Source: Candidatus Omnitrophota bacterium
Lineage (GTDB): Bacteria > Omnitrophota > Gorgyraeia > Zapsychrales > Zapsychraceae
Assembly (NCBI GenBank): GCA_015233495.1
Contig: JADFXQ010000006.1
Span: 1-59,858 of the forward strand
Direction: 5' to 3'
Length of the DNA stretch: 59,858 nucleotides
Shown here: positions 54,319 to 59,858 of the stretch, one piece after another
Position numbering within the stretch: the first letter of the stretch is position 1
Layout: the number at the start of each line of letters is the position of its first letter
Program-made: the position numbers and the translations under genes
The notes under the pieces: model-generated
Seen by the model: the letters and a program-made list of their open reading frames with translations, nothing else
Databases searched by the model: none
What the model was told of the DNA's origin: nothing

Positions 54319-56130
54319 ATGGCGCTGACCAAACAAAAAATGGCGCGGTTGCAACCGACAAAACGCTGGGCATCGTTTCCGTTGGTGGAATCGGCGATCG
54401 CTCTGATCGTGATCATCATGCTCGCGGCCTTATTTTTCGACAGCCGCAATATGCCCCCCCAGGGAGCGTCGCGCGTGGCCCAATCCAGCGGCGGCAGCGC
54501 ATTGGAATTTGATGTCATCACGGTCAATCCGATCATCGCGAAGGATTTCAGTTTGCCGTACGCTTCCGGCGTTTTGGTCAACAGCGCTCCCACCGGCGCG
54601 GCCCGCAAGTTGATTGATATCCGGCGCGGCGACGTGATTTTGCAATACAATCAGGTCAATGTCGAGTCAGCCAACCATTTCGCCTATTTGATGTCGCAGA
54701 GCAAGCCCGGAGACAACATCAGTTTTGTCATCTCGCGCAACGGCAAATCCCTGACAGTCAGCGGCAAAATTCCCGTCGAGACCGGGCTGGATATATTTGG
54801 CGCCAACGGCATGGCGGTCTTTGTGACCTTGGTCATTATTCTTATTACATTCACGGCCCTGTTCCTGAATTTGTTTGACCGCACCATCTGCGTGACCTTA
54901 GGCGCGGTGCTGATGTTGGTCGCGGGTTCGATGCTGGGATTTTACCGGCAAAGCGAGGCCTTTGATTCGATCCGGATGAGCCCGATTTTCGTGTTGATCG
55001 GCATGAGTATTTTTGCCCTATTTTTGGAAAACTTGCGCTATTTTGATTATGTGGCCAAACGCTTGGTCCTTGCCATGCAGGGGGATAAGATCAAGATCAT
55101 TTTCGCTTTGTGCATATTGACCGCGGTCGCCTCGGCGTTTATGAATAATATTTCGATCATTTTGATCATTGTCCCGATCACGATTTACGTAGCCAAGGGG
55201 TTGAATTTTGACCCGATTCCGGTGGTGATTGCCGAAGTCATTTCTTCGGCGGTCGGCGGCAATATGACGCCGATCGGCGATTTTTCCAATATGCTGATCG
55301 CGACCAGCGCCGGTCTAACTTTTATCGATTTCCTCTTATTCATGGGGCCGATTTGCGCGATTTGTCTGGCCGCGTTTCTGGGTTATATGTGGTATTTTGA
55401 ATTTCGCCATATTAAACAGCCCCGGTCGCAGAGCATTGAGAAGGCTTTTTTGAAGAAACTCGAAACTGAAATCGAAGCGATGCGTTTGGATTGGCCGGCG
55501 ATTAAACGGGTTTTGTATGTTTTAGGATCCGTAATCGCGGCGTTTATCATTTTGCCGTTTTTTAAAATTCATCTCGCGCCGATCGCCTTAGGCGGCGGGT
55601 TTATCCTGCTGGCGCTCGAGAATCAAAAAGCGAAAGAGATCATCAAAAAAATCAGCCTCACGGATATTTTGTTTTTTATTTCTTTGTTTTTAATCGTCGG
55701 CGGCGCGCTTTATTCCGGGTTGTTAAAAATTCTTTCCGATATCCTCATCGCTTTATCCATGGGCAATCAAGTCGCGTATCTGATTTTAATGATGTGGACG
55801 ATGGCCTTGTTCACCGCGTTTATGAACGCCGGGCCGGCCACGGCGTTTTTCATCCCGATTATCATAAGCTCGGGTTATGCGGATTTTACCGACGTGATCT
55901 GGTGGGCGTTGAACCTCGGATCGATCGCCGGTTCCTGCGCGTGTATTACGGGCGCCAGCGCCGGGATCATATCCCAAACGCTCGTCGAGGAACATTATCC
56001 GATCCGGGCGGGCGATAAGGATAAGGAAGGCTTGACTTTCGCGAGTTACAGCCGCCGGGGAATTCCGACGGCGATCGGATTTTTGATTTTGTCTTCTATT
56101 TATATTGTCATATTAAGTATGATTCCTTAA
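54319..56130 (+). CDS. mamN: PDZ domain fused to MamN-like ArsB/NhaD-superfamily transporter (603 aa)
   Basis: TM, PDZ (GVLVNS, IRRGDVIL), then SAFMNN, GGNMTPIGDFSN, GSCACITGASAG. Confidence 0.65.
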   Translation: MALTKQKMARLQPTKRWASFPLVESAIALIVIIMLAALFFDSRNMPPQGASRVAQSSGGSALEFDVITVNPIIAKDFSLPYASGVLVNSAPTGAARKLIDIRRGDVILQYNQVNVESANHFAYLMSQSKPGDNISFVISRNGKSLTVSGKIPVETGLDIFGANGMAVFVTLVIILITFTALFLNLFDRTICVTLGAVLMLVAGSMLGFYRQSEAFDSIRMSPIFVLIGMSIFALFLENLRYFDYVAKRLVLAMQGDKIKIIFALCILTAVASAFMNNISIILIIVPITIYVAKGLNFDPIPVVIAEVISSAVGGNMTPIGDFSNMLIATSAGLTFIDFLLFMGPICAICLAAFLGYMWYFEFRHIKQPRSQSIEKAFLKKLETEIEAMRLDWPAIKRVLYVLGSVIAAFIILPFFKIHLAPIALGGGFILLALENQKAKEIIKKISLTDILFFISLFLIVGGALYSGLLKILSDILIALSMGNQVAYLILMMWTMALFTAFMNAGPATAFFIPIIISSGYADFTDVIWWALNLGSIAGSCACITGASAGIISQTLVEEHYPIRAGDKDKEGLTFASYSRRGIPTAIGFLILSSIYIVILSMIP

Positions 56131-56136
56131 AGAAAG

Positions 56137-57120
56137 ATGACTATGAAAAATAATAATCTGAAGACGCATGATTGGATCGGTTATGCCAATATCGCGTTGG
56201 GTTTGATCGTGGCGATTTTTGCTCTGATCGCGATGTTTAGTTCTCCTACGGCGAAACTGCAGCTGCCAGTCCCGATTCCCCCCAGCGTGGCGGTGGATCA
56301 GCCGATCTGGCTTTTGGCCTTGATCGGATTCGCGATCGGTTGTTATGGCACGATCGTCGGCATCGGCGGCGGTCCGTTGATTCTGCCGATTTTGGTTTTT
56401 TTCTATGGGTGGGAAAATGAATTTCTGGTTGCCACATCGTTGTTCATTGTGCTTTTGAATGCCGGCTCTGGCTGTCTGGGTTATGCCATGCAAAAACGCA
56501 TCGATTACAAAGGCGGCATCAAGTTTACGCTCGCCGCGATGCCCGGCGCTTTCATCTCCAGCTATATTCATCACTTAGTCAATCTGACGTTTTTTAATCT
56601 GATTTTCGGCGTATTTTTGATTTTTCTCGCCGGGTATACTTTGGTCAGCATGGGGAGGATCGACAAAACCACGGAAGAAAAACAGAAAAATCTCAAAGAA
56701 GCGAAAGCCCAAGGATTCCGCCGCGTCCGGTTTATTGATAATTTCAAAATCTCCTATGATTTTTACGCCAATGATAAAATGGGCATTTCTATGAATTTGA
56801 TGCTGGGATTTTTTTGCGGATTTTTGGGCATTGGCGGCGGGGTTTTTCAAGTCCCGATTTTGCTTTTTCTTCTGAATTATCCGACGCATATCGCGACCGC
56901 GACGAGCCATTTTGTCACCCTGATGACCTGCGCGATCGCCATTTTGCCGCATGTGTTTCTCGGCAATTTCATGTATGGGGAAGCGATGTGGATGGGGTTT
57001 GGCGTGATCGTCGGCGCGCAAGTCGGCGCGCGGCTTGCCGCGAAACTGAACACCAAAGTCACGCTGTATTTATTCATTATTATTTTGATCGTGTTTGCGG
57101 TCAAATTGTTTTTTGTTTAA
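56137..57120 (+). CDS. mamO: TauE/SafE-family membrane protein, MamO C-terminal type
   Basis: GIGGGPLILP and GIGGGVFQVP repeats, GAQVGARL; no protease domain. Confidence 0.7.
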   Translation: MTMKNNNLKTHDWIGYANIALGLIVAIFALIAMFSSPTAKLQLPVPIPPSVAVDQPIWLLALIGFAIGCYGTIVGIGGGPLILPILVFFYGWENEFLVATSLFIVLLNAGSGCLGYAMQKRIDYKGGIKFTLAAMPGAFISSYIHHLVNLTFFNLIFGVFLIFLAGYTLVSMGRIDKTTEEKQKNLKEAKAQGFRRVRFIDNFKISYDFYANDKMGISMNLMLGFFCGFLGIGGGVFQVPILLFLLNYPTHIATATSHFVTLMTCAIAILPHVFLGNFMYGEAMWMGFGVIVGAQVGARLAAKLNTKVTLYLFIIILIVFAVKLFFV

Positions 57121-57127
57121 AGAAACG

Positions 57128-57154
57128 CCGCCGAGGAAAGCTTTCGCTCGGCGG
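57128..57154. terminator. GC-rich hairpin after mamO (terminator-like)
   Basis: ccgccgag/ctcggcgg stem around palindrome gaaagctttc; T-rich tail only on the minus strand. Confidence 0.45.
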
Positions 57155-57315
57155 TGAGGAGAGAAAATTTTTGTGGCCCTGAACCCGGCGGTGATTTGCC
57201 CGGGCGATGGAAAGTAGAGAGGAGAGAGGCGGCCGCAATGGTTGGATTGGCCGCTGATTTCTCGGGTCTCGGATTTCCATTGCTTTGGCCTTTTTTGTCG
57301 TCGACGAAAAAGGCC

Positions 57316-57326
57316 GGGGGGGGGGG
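57316..57326 (+). repeat. G11 homopolymer tract next to a ggccttttt/aaaaaggcc hairpin
   Basis: Direct reading. Confidence 0.8.
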
Positions 57327-57373
57327 TAGAAACCCTGTCCGCACAAACACGGACTCATGAAAAGGAGAAGGGC

Positions 57374-57553
57374 ATGGAATTTTTATTCACCGCTTTCGTC
57401 GCTATTTTTGACATTGTCGCCATTGTTGACATTCTCCGGGGCGGGTTGCCCGTCGAGAAAAAATTTCTCTGGATAGCCTTGGTGTTTATTGTTCCGGTTG
57501 TCGGGTTCATGCTTTATTTTTTGTTAGGCAAGACGGAACAGCCGGCCGCGTAA
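57374..57553 (+). CDS. PLDc_N-like small two-TM protein (59 aa)
   Basis: AIVDIL..KFLWIALVFIVPVVGFMLYFLLG; AAGGAG RBS; start moved to ATG 57374. Confidence 0.7.
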   Translation: MEFLFTAFVAIFDIVAIVDILRGGLPVEKKFLWIALVFIVPVVGFMLYFLLGKTEQPAA

Positions 57554-57681
57554 AACAACCCGGTAGGTCGAGAATTTGATGAAAGCGCGAGGCGCTCGAT
57601 GATGCTTTATCGCGTTTCGGAAAGGCGCGCGGTTTTGATTTCGGTGAATTTGGTCGACCTGTATTTTGACATGGAGAAGCT

Positions 57682-58239
57682 ATGAAAAAAGAAACTATGA
57701 TCGCGTTGTGCGGCTTGGTGTTTATCGCCTTGCTGGTAGTCGCTCTGTTCAACCACAAAGATGCGCAGGTCGCGGTTGATGAAACTTTGCATGAGATCAA
57801 GACCGCGGATGCCTGGCAGCAGTCCGCGCACGCTCCGTGTCCGGTGGGAGGACCAGGTTCCGCTTCGCCTTATTCGGGCCCGAATCAGCCGGTCGCGCTC
57901 AACGGCGCGCCGCCGATTCTGGCGGGGCAAGAAAAACCGGCGCTGATCAAACAAATGGGCGCGGAAGTGCTGCAAGTCGGCGGCGGCAAAGTCAAGATCA
58001 CCGGCGTAATGGGCAGTTCCTGGGCGGACAAAGCGGGATTAAAGGCGAATGATATTTTGCTTTCGTTTAATGGAAAAAAAATAACCAGTTTGCAGCAGTT
58101 TCAAGATTTGACTCTGAGCGCTCCGCCGGAAAAAGAATATAAGGTGACTTATTTGCGCGGCGGCCGGCTAAAGAAAGCTCTGCTGATGATCGGGGAAGGG
58201 GAAATGGAAGGATTTACGCCCATTCCGCAACCGAAGTAA
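57682..58239 (+). CDS. TM-PDZ protein, MamP-like but heme-less
   Basis: TM, APPILAG segment, GVMGSSWADKAGLKANDIL PDZ; no CxxCH. Confidence 0.7.
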   Translation: MKKETMIALCGLVFIALLVVALFNHKDAQVAVDETLHEIKTADAWQQSAHAPCPVGGPGSASPYSGPNQPVALNGAPPILAGQEKPALIKQMGAEVLQVGGGKVKITGVMGSSWADKAGLKANDILLSFNGKKITSLQQFQDLTLSAPPEKEYKVTYLRGGRLKKALLMIGEGEMEGFTPIPQPK

Positions 58240-58251
58240 AGCAATGACAAA

Positions 58252-58593
58252 ATGAATCCATTGCGCGGTAAATTAGCGGTGTTTCTGACGGGGGCGGCTT
58301 ATAAAGGGATCGGCCAGCTCGATCAAAAGTCGCCATTGGCGAAAGAATTAAAAAAATTTGATTTCGATGCGGTTCTCAAAGACGACATCGCAAAAATTTG
58401 CGATAAAATTTCTTTTTTTGAGATGACGAAAGTCATGGCTCTGGCGGCGCAGGTAGATTTGCGTCTGGCTGATCAGGAGAAACAAAAGTCCGAAATTAAA
58501 AAAATCGCTCACGACGTGATTGAGCGTATCGAACGGGAATCCGGCAAATTACGCGTGCCGCAGGCGTGTTTAGAAATGTTGTTTAATTTGTAG
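58252..58593 (+). CDS. hypothetical helical protein (113 aa)
   Basis: Tightly packed ORF in the mam cluster; no family recognised. Confidence 0.7.
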   Translation: MNPLRGKLAVFLTGAAYKGIGQLDQKSPLAKELKKFDFDAVLKDDIAKICDKISFFEMTKVMALAAQVDLRLADQEKQKSEIKKIAHDVIERIERESGKLRVPQACLEMLFNL

Positions 58594-58636
58594 GTGCGGC
58601 ATAAAAAAGAACCAATATTATCAAGGAGATAGTCAG

Positions 58637-59500
58637 TTGAAAACGTTTTTCATGAAGATTTTTTTGGTGATCGCCGCCGGCCTTTGTATGTTCGAGGGAT
58701 TGGTTTTGCTCGCGGTTGGATTGGGACGTTTATCGCCGGACCGGTTGGTGACTTTTTATAATCAGCTTTTACAGCAGGCCGCGGCGCTCAAAACTATTCA
58801 GGGAGTTGGGTCTTTTTTTGTTGCTTTGGGTTTTTTACTGTTATTATTAGCTGCCCGAGCCAAACCCGCGGCAAAAACGATCGCGGTGGAACAGGATGGG
58901 AAAATCCTGACGATCCCCCAGAAAACCGTGATGGATTTTATCCAGCAGATCGGCGAGCAAAATCCTTTTGTGACTTATTTCCGCACAACTTTTGAGCAAA
59001 AGCCGAAACAGCCGGTAACCATCGCGATTATTGTTGAGCTGAGCGGGGTGCCTTCCGTGCACCAAGTGCTGCAGCAAATTGAAAACACTTTAATCGCCGA
59101 ACTCGATAATGTCTTTGCCTGGCATAATTTTAAGTTTGATTTTCGTCTGCAGGGATTGGTCGTGAATCCTAAGAAAAAATATTTTCCCGAAGAGGAATCT
59201 CAGCCGGCTGCGCCTTTGGCCGGGGCAATGCCGCCGGCCGCCGCAGCGGAAAAAGCCGCGGTTGTGGAACCCGCGCCGGAAACCTCCGGGATCGAAATTT
59301 TAGCCAAAGAAAAAGCCCAGATGAACAAATCCGTTGTTCTCCCTCTAAAAAAAACCGCGGCGTCAGCGCTCGCGGCGCAACCGGCCGCGGAAGAAATTGA
59401 ACCGTCCGTCAGGGATACGGAAGAAGAACAATTGTTTGATTCCACCGGGGAAAAAGCGGCGAAGCCGTCTTTTTTGTCTAAGGTGTTGTGGGGGAAATAA
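58637..59500 (+). CDS. AmaP/Asp23-like membrane anchor protein with Ala/Pro/Glu-rich tail
   Basis: Two TM helices, then an alpha/beta segment (LTIPQKTVMDFI); start uncertain (TTG 58637 or ATG 58652). Confidence 0.55.
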   Translation: MKTFFMKIFLVIAAGLCMFEGLVLLAVGLGRLSPDRLVTFYNQLLQQAAALKTIQGVGSFFVALGFLLLLLAARAKPAAKTIAVEQDGKILTIPQKTVMDFIQQIGEQNPFVTYFRTTFEQKPKQPVTIAIIVELSGVPSVHQVLQQIENTLIAELDNVFAWHNFKFDFRLQGLVVNPKKKYFPEEESQPAAPLAGAMPPAAAAEKAAVVEPAPETSGIEILAKEKAQMNKSVVLPLKKTAASALAAQPAAEEIEPSVRDTEEEQLFDSTGEKAAKPSFLSKVLWGK

Positions 59501-59522
59501 TCCGGAAAAGTTATTTAAAAAA

Positions 59523-59858
59523 ATGTCTGATCAATTGACCAAGATTCCGAAATCTTCACGAACCGCGTCGTCCTTACCGCCGGAAGTTAAAAGCGGCGGG
59601 GAAAAATCATCGCTAGCCCCGCTGCGGTTTGGGGGAGCGGCGCCGGATTCGTTTACCTCCGAGAAACGTATTGTCCGGAAAGTCGCGATTGTCGGACTGC
59701 CCAACACCGGCAAAAGCCAAATCTTTAATAATCTCACCGGCGAATATAACATTGTCGCTAATTACGAGCGAACCACCATTGAGATCAAGCGGGCCTTGGC
59801 GAAGATCAGCAACCGGTTTTTTGAAATCATCGACACCCCCAGTTTGCACTGTCTTTAT
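59523..59858 (+). CDS. feoB: FeoB-like GTPase (Mad17/Mad30 type), truncated by the window edge
   Basis: Translated by hand: ..KVAIVGLPNTGKSQIFNNLTGEYNIVANYERTTIE..EIIDTPSLHCLY; G1, G2 and G3 motifs. Confidence 0.75.
   Translation, partial: MSDQLTKIPKSSRTASSLPPEVKSGGEKSSLAPLRFGGAAPDSFTSEKRIVRKVAIVGLPNTGKSQIFNNLTGEYNIVANYERTTIEIKRALAKISNRFFEIIDTPSLHCLY

Noticed and set aside
34571-59858. mamK, mamT/S/H and mad23-29 homologs
   Set aside because: No actin-like ATPase or matching motifs found; they may lie beyond the right edge, so absence from the genome is not claimed

Overview
About 60 kb of bacterial DNA with essentially every credible gene on the + strand. Gene content and style fit a deep-branching magnetotactic bacterium, most plausibly Omnitrophota (OP3); this is inference, as there is no rRNA or other marker gene in the window. 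From left to right: (1) an F1Fo ATP synthase operon with slyD-like, CaCA antiporter and DUF502 genes attached to its front and REP-like palindromes between, and inside, atp genes; (2) a small inserted block (VIT1/CCC1 relic, mgtA, arsC), a DEAD-box helicase, and an Rrf2 regulator coupled to pstSCAB; (3) signalling genes (orphan substrate-binding protein plus hybrid histidine kinase, CHASE2-PP2C/RsbW/RsbV partner switch, K-channel-like protein, apbE); (4) from ~32.5 kb to the window end, a tightly packed magnetosome gene cluster: HTH gene, fixC/fixX, mamI, mamE, mamE-Cter-like PDZ, a NifX/CxxC-ribbon/magnetochrome protein, a CxxC-hairpin protein, mamP, then an 11-gene siroheme-dependent (Ahb) heme cassette with a ccsA-like gene, then mamL, mamM, mamB, mamA, mamQ, a PDZ-MamN fusion, mamO-Cter, accessory genes and a truncated feoB-like gene. 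The most interesting signal is a magnetosome superoperon that carries its own heme supply line and unusual iron/redox domain fusions. All calls come from motif recognition by eye, with no database searches. No rRNA, tRNA or CRISPR array was seen.
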